From Armatimonadota bacterium (GTDB taxonomy: Bacteria > Sysuimicrobiota > Sysuimicrobiia > Sysuimicrobiales > Humicultoraceae), in assembly GCA_037443565.1 (NCBI GenBank), contig JBBIOB010000001.1, positions 97,774 through 161,773 on the forward strand: a stretch of 64,000 nt of DNA, read 5' to 3'. The notes below the pieces were generated by a model. It worked only from the letters and a program-made list of their open reading frames with translations, was not told where the DNA came from and searched no databases. Position 1 is the first letter of the stretch, and every line of letters begins with the position of its first letter. Made by a program: the position numbers and the translations under genes. Shown one piece after another: positions 19,064 to 27,888 of the stretch.

Positions 19064-20181
19064 CAGGGCTCTCCCTCGGGCAGGGCATAGGCGTCCTCGC
19101 TGGAGAACGTGACCGTCGCCGGTCCCCCCACCGCGGGCAGGACGGTAGTGCCCACATTCGGAACGACTACCGCCATCTGACGGCCGCTGGCTAGCCGCAC
19201 GCGCATCCGAACCACCGGCCCCTCGTAGAAGACCTCCTCAAGCGTCCCCCGCAGGGCGTTGGCGCCTCCGGGGGTCTCGACGCCGGGCTCGTTCCCTGCG
19301 ACACACCGCAGCTTCTCGGGGCGGACGAACACCAGGCCCTGACGGCCGGCCTCGAGCCGTTCGGGGTTCCGGCAGACCAGCCGGCCTTCGGGGGTCTCCA
19401 CGACGACGCGCCCGTCCTCGACCGCGACGGTCCGGCCCGCGATGGCGTTGTTCTCGCCGACGAAGTACGCGACGAACTGCGTCTGCGGCTGCTCATAGAT
19501 CTCCGCCGGCGTGCCGATCTGCTCGATGCGGCCGCGGCTCATCACCGCGACCCGGTCCGACATCGCCAGGGCTTCACCCTGGTCGTGCGTAATGTAGATG
19601 AACGTTGTGCCCACGCGGTGCTGGATGGCCTTGAGCTCTTCCTTCATGTGCTCGCGCAGCTTGAGGTCCAGGGCGCCCAGCGGCTCGTCGAGCAGCAGCA
19701 CGGTCGGCTCGATGATGAGCGACCGGGCGATGGCCACCCGCTGCTTCTCGCCCCCCGACAGCTCATCGACGCGCTTGCTCCCATACCCGGGAAGGTTGAT
19801 GAGGTCGAGCTTGGCCGCCACGCGTGTGGCGATCTCACGCTCGGACACCCCGCGCATCCGCAGGCCGAAGGCGATGTTGTCGTACACGTTCATCAGCGGG
19901 AAGAGGGCGAGGTGCTGGAAGATCAGGCTGGTGGGCCGGCGGTTGGGTGGCACGCCCCGCATCGGCCGGCCGCCGATCAGGATCTCCCCTTCGTCGGGAT
20001 CGATGAATCCCGAGATCATGCGGAGGATGGTGGTCTTGCCGCACCCGCTGGGGCCGAGGATCGAGAAGAACTCGCCTCGGCCCACGTCGAGCGCGACGCC
20101 GGCGACCGCCGTGATATCGTGGTAGCGCTTGGTGACGTTGACGAGCTCGACGTCGACGTCGCGCCGGTGGGGATCGCTCAC
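19063..20181 (-). CDS. ABC transporter ATP-binding protein (PotA-like)
   Basis: Walker A GPSGCGKTT, LSGGEKQRV, LLLDEP, ITHDQ. C-terminal TOBE-like domain. Confidence 0.85.
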   Translation of the reverse strand: MSDPHRRDVDVELVNVTKRYHDITAVAGVALDVGRGEFFSILGPSGCGKTTILRMISGFIDPDEGEILIGGRPMRGVPPNRRPTSLIFQHLALFPLMNVYDNIAFGLRMRGVSEREIATRVAAKLDLINLPGYGSKRVDELSGGEKQRVAIARSLIIEPTVLLLDEPLGALDLKLREHMKEELKAIQHRVGTTFIYITHDQGEALAMSDRVAVMSRGRIEQIGTPAEIYEQPQTQFVAYFVGENNAIAGRTVAVEDGRVVVETPEGRLVCRNPERLEAGRQGLVFVRPEKLRCVAGNEPGVETPGGANALRGTLEEVFYEGPVVRMRVRLASGRQMAVVVPNVGTTVLPAVGGPATVTFSSEDAYALPEGEP

Positions 20182-20232
20182 AGGACACCGGATGGGAACC
20201 GGGGAGGCGGCGGAGCCGCCTCCCCGGTGATA

Positions 20233-21426
20233 CTAGGCCGCCTTCAGCCGGTCCACGTACCCGGCGAACATATTCAGCCACCAGGTGTGCTCGATGCCGT
20301 ACCACCAGAGGTTCCTGATGTCCTCGGGCGTGAACGACTCCTCGTACTGCTTCTTGATCGCCGGATCGAGGTGCGCCGCGGCGCCGTCGATAGCCGTGAA
20401 GTAGCCGCTCTCTTTCGTGAACAACGCCGCGTTGCTCGGATCGTACATGAAGTTCATCCACGCGTAGGCGGCGTCGAGGTTCGTCGCGCCCCTGGGGATG
20501 GCGAAACCGTCCATCCAGGTCATGGCGCCTTCCTTGGGAGCCACGAACTTGATGTCATGCCCGGCGCGGTCGAGCTTCCAGCCGGTGCCGTCCCAGGTCT
20601 GCGCGATCCACACCTCTTCCGTGGTGAGGAGCTTCTCGATCTCAGCGGCCGTGGCCCAGTAGGTCTTCACGTTCTTCTTCTTGCTGATGAGGAAGGCGAG
20701 AATCCGGTCGAGGATCGGCCGGGCCCTCTCCTCGCTCACGTAGACGTCGCGCATGCGGTTCCCCAGCCCCATCCACAGGCCGGTCGAGACGAACACGTGG
20801 AAGGTCGCCCGATAGGCCACCCGCCCGGCGAACTGATCCTGGTGGACCGAGCCGTACGAAGTCGGCCGGCGGGGAATCCTGAAGGTGTTGTGGGAGATCC
20901 CTTCGGTGCCCCAGTCGAAGGGGAGCCCGTACCGTCTGCCCCTCGACATGCCGCCGAGGTCCTCGGAGGCCTTGACCATGCTGGGAATCAGGTTCCTGAA
21001 GTTGGGGATTCGCCGTTCGTCAACCGTCTGGTAGAGGTTGAAGTCGAGCGCGGCCGGAATCAAGGTGACCGAGGGCTGGACCAGATCGTAGCCGGTGGCG
21101 CGCGTGGCCCTGAGCTTGCTGATCAGCTCGCCGTTACTGGCGTAGTAGGTGACCCGCACACTGTAGCCGGTCTCCTGCTCGAACTTCCTGACCAGGGGGG
21201 TCGGCGCGTAGCCTTCCCAGGTGAACAGGTTCAGCGTCCTGGCCGGCGCGGACTGCACCCGCTCCGGCCACGCGAGCGTTCGGCCCAGCACCGCCGCCGC
21301 GCCCGAGGCCAGGCCGGCCTTGAGCACGGTCCGCCGGGAGAGCTTGGCTTCCAGAGATCTGGAGCCATAGATGCCATCGGACATGATCCCACCCCATTCC
21401 CGGATGAGCTGCCGTGCACCTGTCAA
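20233..21426 (-). CDS. Periplasmic polyamine/amine-binding protein (PotD/PotF family) with a Tat-type signal
   Basis: 397 aa; SRRTVLKAGLASGAAAVLG is twin-arginine-like; PotD/PotF-like fold length and composition. The true start may be the internal Met at about 21384. Confidence 0.7.
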   Translation of the reverse strand: MTGARQLIREWGGIMSDGIYGSRSLEAKLSRRTVLKAGLASGAAAVLGRTLAWPERVQSAPARTLNLFTWEGYAPTPLVRKFEQETGYSVRVTYYASNGELISKLRATRATGYDLVQPSVTLIPAALDFNLYQTVDERRIPNFRNLIPSMVKASEDLGGMSRGRRYGLPFDWGTEGISHNTFRIPRRPTSYGSVHQDQFAGRVAYRATFHVFVSTGLWMGLGNRMRDVYVSEERARPILDRILAFLISKKKNVKTYWATAAEIEKLLTTEEVWIAQTWDGTGWKLDRAGHDIKFVAPKEGAMTWMDGFAIPRGATNLDAAYAWMNFMYDPSNAALFTKESGYFTAIDGAAAHLDPAIKKQYEESFTPEDIRNLWWYGIEHTWWLNMFAGYVDRLKAA

Positions 21427-21483
21427 CGCAGGTTCCTTCTTCGCGTTCTGCCATGATGCTCCTTCACCAGGCCGACGGGGCGG

Positions 21484-22158
21484 CTAGGCGCGGCCGGCCG
21501 CGCGCATCTGTTCGACGAACTGGATGGCCAGGTTTACCCCGTCCTGTGCCGTCTCGCCGTAGCCATCCGCCTGGATCTTCCGGCAGTAGGCCTCTGTGAC
21601 CGGCCCGCCACCGACCATGATCGTGTGTGTCTCGCGTATGCCGCGGGCATCGAAGAACTCGATCACCTCGCGCATCGACGGCATGGTCGTGGTCATGAGG
21701 GCTGAGAGCCCCACGATCTGGGCGCCGGTCTCCTCGGCCTTCTCCACGAACTTCCCGGGGTGCACGTTCACCCCAAGGTTGTGGACCTCGAAGCCCGCGA
21801 CCTTGAGCAGCGTCCCGAACAGGTCCTTGCCGATCGAGTGGACGTCGCCCTTGACGGTGCCGATCACGGCCACGCCGCGCTTCAGCCGGCCTTCACCCAT
21901 GGCCATGATGGCCGGTTCCAGGACCTTCATCGCCTCCAGGAAGACCTTGGCGGCCATCATCAGCTCGGGCAGAAAGATCTCCATCGCCTGGAACTTCTGG
22001 CCGATGATCGCGATGCCGCGCGACAGGCCGTCGTCGATGAGTTTCAGGGGAGGAATGCCCGCGTCCAGGCCCTTCTGGACCAGGCGCGCGCCCGCCTCGG
22101 CGTCGTAGTCGAGGACCGCCTCTCTCAGACCTTCGAGGATCGCTGCTTCATCACTCAT
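21484..22158 (-). CDS. Corrinoid (cobalamin)-binding protein of a methyltransferase system (MtmC/MttC/MetH B12-domain-like)
   Basis: 225 aa from the ATG at 22158. N-terminal four-helix cap plus a Rossmann B12-binding domain with a DxHxxG His-ligand motif (GDVHSIGKD) and GxxG loops. Confidence 0.75.
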   Translation of the reverse strand: MSDEAAILEGLREAVLDYDAEAGARLVQKGLDAGIPPLKLIDDGLSRGIAIIGQKFQAMEIFLPELMMAAKVFLEAMKVLEPAIMAMGEGRLKRGVAVIGTVKGDVHSIGKDLFGTLLKVAGFEVHNLGVNVHPGKFVEKAEETGAQIVGLSALMTTTMPSMREVIEFFDARGIRETHTIMVGGGPVTEAYCRKIQADGYGETAQDGVNLAIQFVEQMRAAGRA

Positions 22159-22175
22159 GGTCTCCTCCACGGCTG

Positions 22176-23549
22176 TTACCGGAGCGGCAGCCCGAGCCGT
22201 CGCAGATCTTCCTTGGCCTCGGCGTAGACAGCGTAGTGCTGCGGCGTAGGAGTCAGCGTGTCCAGATTGTAGCAGTCCTGGAACCGGTACCCTTCGGGCG
22301 GGTTGTCCAGGTGCGACTCGTACCGGGCGAGCAGCGTTGTGACGATCTCGTTGGCCTCCCGCCGGCCGAGCCCCGCGGCCGCGTGGGCTACCTCGCAGGC
22401 GAACCGCATCTCCATGGGGCTGTAGTTGTCCAACAGGACGCCCTTCGCCGGATGGACCGTCTCGATGTTGGCGCCCGAGACGACGTCGGTGATGATGCGG
22501 GCCGCGGTCTCGTCGTAGAGCTGCGGCGTGGCGGTGCCCGCGGCGGCGTACCCCAGGTCGAAGTACGGGAACCGCATGTTGCGGCTCACGGCCTGGCAAC
22601 CCAGGGCCACGCTGGTCAGCATCTCGCGCGCCGTGGAGTTGGACTGCTGGATGTGGAGCGAGTACAGTAGGTGGTAGGTGGCGCCGACCAACAGCGGCCC
22701 GGCCATGATGTACGCGGCATTGAGCACCGCCGAGCCGATCACCCCTCCGGCGAACCCGCCGTAGATGGCGCCGGCGGCGAACCCCACGTTGCCGCCGAAC
22801 GACAGGACGGCGGCCGTCTTGTTCATCACGTTGTAGTCCAGTTTCATCTCCGACAGTGACACGATCAACCATCCGTCGGAGGGGCGCAGGCCGTATTCGG
22901 AATTCGTGACGGCGAGCACCCCCATCGGCGAGGCCGAGCTGGAGAGCAGGTTGATGATCGGCAGGCCCGGCCTACCGGCGCGGCGCATGGACTCCCGCCC
23001 CAGGCGCACCGACTGGATGGCGGCGTAGATCTCCGACGGCGCGCCCGCCTGCACTGGCATCCCGCGAATCTGGGTCAGCGCCGGGATGCTCATGGAGTCG
23101 GCGTGCGGGATCCGCGCGTAGCCTTCCACCACGGCCGAGGCGATCTCGTCCGACGACACCGGGATGCCGCCGCCGACATGACACCAGGGAATCTGGGAGT
23201 CCTCGGGCCGGCGGGGCCGCATGAACTTCGCCTCTTTGCCTTCGCCCAGCGGACACTGCGTCGGCGCCAGGTGGATCGCCTCGTCGAGCTCTTCCCGCGA
23301 GAAGGTGATGACCCGGTTGGTGTCCGGGCAGTATGCGCCCGTCTCCACCAGGAAGTCGCCGGCGGCCAGAAAGATCCGATCGGCCAGATCGTCGTCCCAG
23401 GGGATGACGACATCCCTGGGTGGCGCGGTGAGCCCATGCTTCTTGATCGCCTTCTGGAGGTTTGGGACGAACCGCTGCATGTCGAAATCGTCGGGTGCGA
23501 CGATCGGTCCCATCGCCGCGCGCCGGCAGATCTCCAGGAAGCTCACCAT
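22176..23549 (-). CDS. MtmB-family methyltransferase (monomethylamine methyltransferase homolog) WITHOUT the pyrrolysine codon
   Basis: 457 aa, length matches archaeal MtmB (458 aa). Aligns by eye over the full length to M. barkeri MtmB: YCPDTNRVITFSREELDEAI vs YCTDTHRIVKYTEDEIWDAI; RRAGRPG vs AMAGRPG; C-terminus YRFQDCYNLDTLTPTPQHYAVYAEAKEDLRRLGL vs KTFQECYDVKTVTPTEEYMQVYDGARKKLEDLGL. At the Pyl position (MGV-O-GPE in MtmB) this protein reads LPIINLL with no in-frame TAG. RBS AAAGGAG lies 7 nt before the ATG at 23549. Confidence 0.8.
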   Translation of the reverse strand: MVSFLEICRRAAMGPIVAPDDFDMQRFVPNLQKAIKKHGLTAPPRDVVIPWDDDLADRIFLAAGDFLVETGAYCPDTNRVITFSREELDEAIHLAPTQCPLGEGKEAKFMRPRRPEDSQIPWCHVGGGIPVSSDEIASAVVEGYARIPHADSMSIPALTQIRGMPVQAGAPSEIYAAIQSVRLGRESMRRAGRPGLPIINLLSSSASPMGVLAVTNSEYGLRPSDGWLIVSLSEMKLDYNVMNKTAAVLSFGGNVGFAAGAIYGGFAGGVIGSAVLNAAYIMAGPLLVGATYHLLYSLHIQQSNSTAREMLTSVALGCQAVSRNMRFPYFDLGYAAAGTATPQLYDETAARIITDVVSGANIETVHPAKGVLLDNYSPMEMRFACEVAHAAAGLGRREANEIVTTLLARYESHLDNPPEGYRFQDCYNLDTLTPTPQHYAVYAEAKEDLRRLGLPLR

Positions 23550-23570
23550 GGCTGGCTCCTTTCGTCTCTG

Positions 23571-24503
23571 TCAGGTGCGACGCCTGCGCACCGCCGCGGC
23601 GATGAGCCGGATGTGCTCGGGCGTGCTGCCGCAGCAGGCACCGACGATGTTGGCCCCGGCGTCGAGGATCGCGGGATACGCCCCTGCCATCGCCTGAGGC
23701 GACAGGTCGTACACGGTGCGATCGTCCACGATCTTGGGCATCCCGGCGTTGGGATACGCCGCCAGCCGGCCGGAGGTTACCCCCCGCATCTCCCGGATGA
23801 TGACCGCGGCGCGGACCGGACCGCCCTCCCCGCAGTTGCAGCCCACGATGTCCGCGCCCGCGTCGAACAGCAGCCGTGCGACGTCCGTCGGCGTCGAGCC
23901 CCACAGCGTCCGGTCTATGCCCTTCCGGGCGCTATACTGGAAGAACATCGTGGCCATCACGGGCAGGTCGGCGGCGGACTTCGCGGCCTTGATGGCGGTC
24001 ACGACCTCATCGGGGACCATCATCGTCTCCACGGCGAAGAGGTCTACGCCGCCCTCGGCCAGCGCAACGGCCTGCTCGGTGAAGTTGGCGCGCATCTCGT
24101 CCAGCGAGGTGTCGCCCATTGCCGCGAGCGTGTCGGGGAGATGCCCTGTCGGTCCGATCGACCCTGCCACGTACTTCCCCGGTGGGCAGACGGCGCGCGC
24201 CAGGCGCGCGGCCATGATGCTCAGGTCGCGCGCCCGTCCCTGCAGCTCGTAGGGCGCCAGCTTGAGGCGTGTGCCGCCGAACGTATTCGTCTCGACGATG
24301 TCGGCGCCGGCGTCGAAGTAGGCCCGGTGAATGCCGGAGACCACCTCGGGGTGGGTTTCGTTCCACAGCTCCGGGCAGGCGCCATCGACGAGGCCGGCCT
24401 CGAACAGCATCGTGCCCATGGCGCCGTCGAGGACCAGCACCTCGGAGGTCAACCGGTCGAGCAGCTCGCGCCCTCTCGGATGCATATCCCGTCCCTCACT
24501 CAA
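23571..24503 (-). CDS. Homocysteine/thiol S-methyltransferase domain protein (MetH Hcy-binding module as a separate protein)
   Basis: 310 aa. N-terminal VLVLDGAMGTML, zinc-ligand motifs GCNCG and GACCGSTPEHI as in the MetH/BHMT Hcy-binding barrel. Confidence 0.75.
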   Translation of the reverse strand: MSEGRDMHPRGRELLDRLTSEVLVLDGAMGTMLFEAGLVDGACPELWNETHPEVVSGIHRAYFDAGADIVETNTFGGTRLKLAPYELQGRARDLSIMAARLARAVCPPGKYVAGSIGPTGHLPDTLAAMGDTSLDEMRANFTEQAVALAEGGVDLFAVETMMVPDEVVTAIKAAKSAADLPVMATMFFQYSARKGIDRTLWGSTPTDVARLLFDAGADIVGCNCGEGGPVRAAVIIREMRGVTSGRLAAYPNAGMPKIVDDRTVYDLSPQAMAGAYPAILDAGANIVGACCGSTPEHIRLIAAAVRRRRT

Positions 24504-26355
24504 ACCGTAACGCCGTCAGAAACGCGTCCTGGAACTCAGGATGCGTTGCCAGCGAAACGTGTCTGATCTGTCCGGCCAGCGCGTCGGCGCGCCGGCGCTC
24601 GGTCTCGGAGACCAGGGCCATCTGCGCGCCCAGGCCCGCGGCGTTGCCGACGTAGCTCACGCGGTCGGCCGGCATCCGCGGGATGAGGCCGATTCGAATC
24701 GCGCTGCGGATGTTCAGGTAGTTGCCGAATCCGCCGGCCAGCATCAGCTCCGCGAGGTGATCCGCGGGTGTGCCGCTCAGGCGCTGCAGCATCGCGAGCC
24801 CGCTTCGGATCGCGCCCTTGGCGAGCTGCACCTGGCGGATGTCCGCCTGCGTCAGGACGATGTCCCTGCCCGTGGCGCTCTGGGACCCGGGCGCCAGGAC
24901 AAACGCTGGGAGCCCGTCGGGCAATGTGATGATGCGGCGGCGCAGCGCGTCAGGCACGGCTCCGGACGGCTCGGGGTGCAGCCGGCCTGTGGCGTCCACG
25001 ACCCCCGCGTCGAGCAGGCCGGCGATCGCATCGAGGATCCCCGAGCCACACACCCCCAGGGGTGATCCCGCGCCGATCACGTGGGAATCCACATCCTGCT
25101 CGATGCGGACCTGATCGATGGCGCCCCGGGCGGCGCGCATGCCGCACTGGAGCTGTGCACCTTCCAGCGCGGGTCCCGCAGGAGCCGAGCAGGCCGTCAG
25201 GCCGTCCGTGGACGCGAGGACCATCTCGCCGTTCGTGCCGATGTCCACGGCGATCCGGGGTTCGCGGCTCTCGTCGAGCCGGGTGGACAGGACCATGCCC
25301 ACGGCATCCGCGCCCACGAAGCCCGCCACGATGGGCAGCAGGAAGATGGGCGTCGGCGGACGCAGGCGCAGCCCCACCTCGGCGGCGGTGACTTTGACGC
25401 TCCGCCGGACGGCGGGCGCATACGGCGCCTGACCGACATAGGTGGGGTCGATGCCCAGGAAGAGGTGATGCATCACCGTGTTCCCCACGACGACGCCCTT
25501 GTAGATACGATCGCGATCGACGCCGGCCCTGGCGCACGCGTCCTCGATCTGCTCGTTCAGCATCCGGATGATACGGGTGTGGAGCTGACGAACGTTCGAT
25601 GGGCCTTCCTGCGCGAAGGCGATCCGTGACATCAGGTCGCCGCCGAAGGCCGCCTGAGCGTTGAGGCCGGATGCGGTGGCCGCCACGACCCCGCTCGCCA
25701 GATCCACCAGATACCCGACAACCGTCGTCGTGCCGATGTCAAAGGCGATGCCGTAGGCCTCGGCACGAGTGTCCCCGGGTTCGGCGGCCAGCAGCGTGCG
25801 GTTGAAGCGCGCCAGGGTGAAGCCGGCGGGCTGCGATCGCAGCAGCAACGGGATGCGCCGGAGCGCCTCGAGGGACGCGTCGGCCACCTCCCCCTCGAGG
25901 CGGCGCAGCACCGCTTCCAGGTCCGAGTCGGGGCGATCCTCGTCGGACGGTGGCAACGCGGTGACGAACATCTTGTGCACACCTGAATCCAGGGTGAACC
26001 CCGCCGCCGAGCGCAGCGTCCGGGTCTCGGCCAGGATCTGAAACGCGGTCTCTTCGAAGATCGGCGCGGCCGCGACCGTCAGATCGCCCCAGGCTTCGGT
26101 CTGGCAGGCCAGGCGGTAGCGCTCTCTTACCTCGTCGTCGCCGAGTTGGATCCGGTCGGCCAGCCCGGCCGGCGGCGGGTTTCCGGCGACGATCTGCACC
26201 CGGCAGCTCCGGCAGCGGCCGCGCGCCCCGCAGGTCGCCACGATCTCGCACCCAGCCTGCTGCGCCGCCTGGAGGATCGTCGTGCCCACGGGCACATGCA
26301 CCCGGTATCCGTTGGGCGCAAACACGACGGTGACCGTGGTGCCGGTCATGGCCAT
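24496..26355 (-). CDS. RamA/RACo-like reductive activator of corrinoid proteins (N-terminal 2Fe-2S ferredoxin plus ASKHA ATPase domain)
   Basis: 619 aa. N-terminal plant-type ferredoxin motif CGARGRCRSCRV, then a large actin-like ATPase region (DIGTTTV..., DIGTNGE...) as in COG3894 activators. Confidence 0.7.
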   Translation of the reverse strand: MAMTGTTVTVVFAPNGYRVHVPVGTTILQAAQQAGCEIVATCGARGRCRSCRVQIVAGNPPPAGLADRIQLGDDEVRERYRLACQTEAWGDLTVAAAPIFEETAFQILAETRTLRSAAGFTLDSGVHKMFVTALPPSDEDRPDSDLEAVLRRLEGEVADASLEALRRIPLLLRSQPAGFTLARFNRTLLAAEPGDTRAEAYGIAFDIGTTTVVGYLVDLASGVVAATASGLNAQAAFGGDLMSRIAFAQEGPSNVRQLHTRIIRMLNEQIEDACARAGVDRDRIYKGVVVGNTVMHHLFLGIDPTYVGQAPYAPAVRRSVKVTAAEVGLRLRPPTPIFLLPIVAGFVGADAVGMVLSTRLDESREPRIAVDIGTNGEMVLASTDGLTACSAPAGPALEGAQLQCGMRAARGAIDQVRIEQDVDSHVIGAGSPLGVCGSGILDAIAGLLDAGVVDATGRLHPEPSGAVPDALRRRIITLPDGLPAFVLAPGSQSATGRDIVLTQADIRQVQLAKGAIRSGLAMLQRLSGTPADHLAELMLAGGFGNYLNIRSAIRIGLIPRMPADRVSYVGNAAGLGAQMALVSETERRRADALAGQIRHVSLATHPEFQDAFLTALRFE

Positions 26356-26379
26356 CGACTCGGGAGGATCATGGATCGG

Positions 26380-27009
26380 TCAGGCATCAGCACGGGAGGC
26401 CGGGATCAGGCCGTAGATCCCGGTGATGGACTTCCGCGGCAGCATCACACATGACTCGGTCAGGTGCACCGACAGGTCGCCGCCTGCAAACGTCGAGAAC
26501 AACACTCGCTGCTGGTCCAGGGGCCAGTCCGCAAAGCCCGGCGCTGTGCGCCCGGTCAGGCGTAGCCCGCGTGCGGCGGCCTCGGCCCGCAGCCTGTCCC
26601 GCAGCTGCCCGGTCAGCGCCTCCAGCGCGACCCATCCCGCTGTGTCGAGCAGTAGCCCGTCGGCGAATTGTTCCTCCGCAATCAACGCCTGTACGCGGCC
26701 TTCCAGCGCCGGTCCAATGGTCAGGATGACGAGCACGGCCTCAGTGGCGTCATGGAGGAGCCGTGCCAGGGCGCGGCTGGTGAACTCGGTCCCGTCGGCC
26801 AGGCGCACGCAGCCGTCGGGTTCGGCGCGGCTCACCGGTTCCCGCCGCATCCACCCGCGCGGCACCACCAGCGCCTCGGCCAGCGATGCCATCCGGCGCG
26901 CCGTCTCACTGACGACCGGGGCGATCCTGTCAAGATCCCGGTACTTCTGCAGCCGCAGGATGAGATCCGGATCCACGCGCGGCCGTTGGAGGTCCAGATT
27001 CTCGACCAT
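26380..27009 (-). CDS. Methionine synthase reactivation (AdoMet-binding) domain homolog, standalone
   Basis: 209 aa. C-terminal APGFADWPLDQQRVLF...LTESCVMLPRKSITGIYGL parallels E. coli MetH RPAPGYPACPEH...LTESFAMWPGASVSGWYF. Confidence 0.6.
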   Translation of the reverse strand: MVENLDLQRPRVDPDLILRLQKYRDLDRIAPVVSETARRMASLAEALVVPRGWMRREPVSRAEPDGCVRLADGTEFTSRALARLLHDATEAVLVILTIGPALEGRVQALIAEEQFADGLLLDTAGWVALEALTGQLRDRLRAEAAARGLRLTGRTAPGFADWPLDQQRVLFSTFAGGDLSVHLTESCVMLPRKSITGIYGLIPASRADA

Positions 27010-27012
27010 GGC

Positions 27013-27888
27013 TCAGCCTGACGACCGCGGGCCTCCTCCTGCCGCTCTGGCCGCCGGCGGCGTCTTCATGAAGTCTAACGTCCCGGCGCGCACGCCGGCC
27101 AGGTAGCGGCGGCAGAACTCGTCCTGCCCTAGCAGCATCTGGGCCGTGGTCAGGTTGGCCATCAGCCTCCGGTCGAGCGGATCGAGGATGAACGCGTCCA
27201 TGCCGTGCGCCATACACAGGACGAGGAACACCTGATTGATCTGGGCGCGATAGGGCAGCCCGAACGAGACGTTGCTGAGCCCGCAGATCGTCCGCACCTC
27301 GGGAAACCGCGCCTTGATCAGGTCCAGCGCCCCCAGGAAGACCACGGCAGACCGGCTGTCCGTCGCGATGGGGAACAGCAGCGGGTCGACGAGGATGTCG
27401 TGCGGCGGCACCCCGACCGCGGTGAGGCCATCGATCAGCCTGGACGCGAACTCCAGCTTGCCCGCGGCCGTGGACGGAATCCCCTGGTCGTCCATGCACA
27501 GGGCCACGACCTCCGGCTGGAACTCCTGGATCACCGGCAGGAGGGCCGCCCACCGGTCCTGCTCCAGGTTGATCGAGTCCAGCAGGGCCTTGCCCCGGTG
27601 CACCTCGAGGCCCCGGCGCAGCGCGATCGGGTTGGGGCTGTCGATGCTGATCCGCACGTCGAGGGCGTCCTGGATGGTCCGCACGGCCCACTCCATGCAC
27701 GCGACCTCGTCCTCCATCAACGTCGCGCAGTTGACATCCACCAGGTGCGCGCCGGCCTCGACCTGCCGCCGGGCGAGATCGACGATGGCTGCGGCATCGC
27801 GGGCTTCCAGCAGCGGCTGGATCTGCTTGCGGGTGGAGTTGATGAGCTCGCCGACGATCAGCGTGGCCGGTCCTCCGGATGTCTTCCA
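27013..27888 (-). CDS. Methyltetrahydrofolate:corrinoid methyltransferase (pterin-binding MeTr/MtrH/MetH folate module); start codon unresolved
   Basis: TLIVGELINSTRKQIQ...EAGAHLVDVN is the canonical pterin-binding (DHPS-like) barrel N-terminus. No ATG/GTG/TTG lies in frame between the upstream gene stop (27858) and the domain start. The only in-frame starts are over 150 nt upstream, inside the MetF-MetV gene. GGAGGA plus a 9-nt spacer precedes a CTG at about 27864. Confidence 0.6.
   Translation of the reverse strand, partial: WKTSGGPATLIVGELINSTRKQIQPLLEARDAAAIVDLARRQVEAGAHLVDVNCATLMEDEVACMEWAVRTIQDALDVRISIDSPNPIALRRGLEVHRGKALLDSINLEQDRWAALLPVIQEFQPEVVALCMDDQGIPSTAAGKLEFASRLIDGLTAVGVPPHDILVDPLLFPIATDSRSAVVFLGALDLIKARFPEVRTICGLSNVSFGLPYRAQINQVFLVLCMAHGMDAFILDPLDRRLMANLTTAQMLLGQDEFCRRYLAGVRAGTLDFMKTPPAARAAGGGPRSSG

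Noticed and set aside
22176-23549. Looked for an in-frame amber (UAG) codon that would indicate pyrrolysine in the MtmB homolog
   Set aside because: The ORF is continuous over 457 codons with ordinary residues at the position aligned to Pyl, so there is no evidence for Pyl decoding. No pylTSBCD-like genes were noted in the window.
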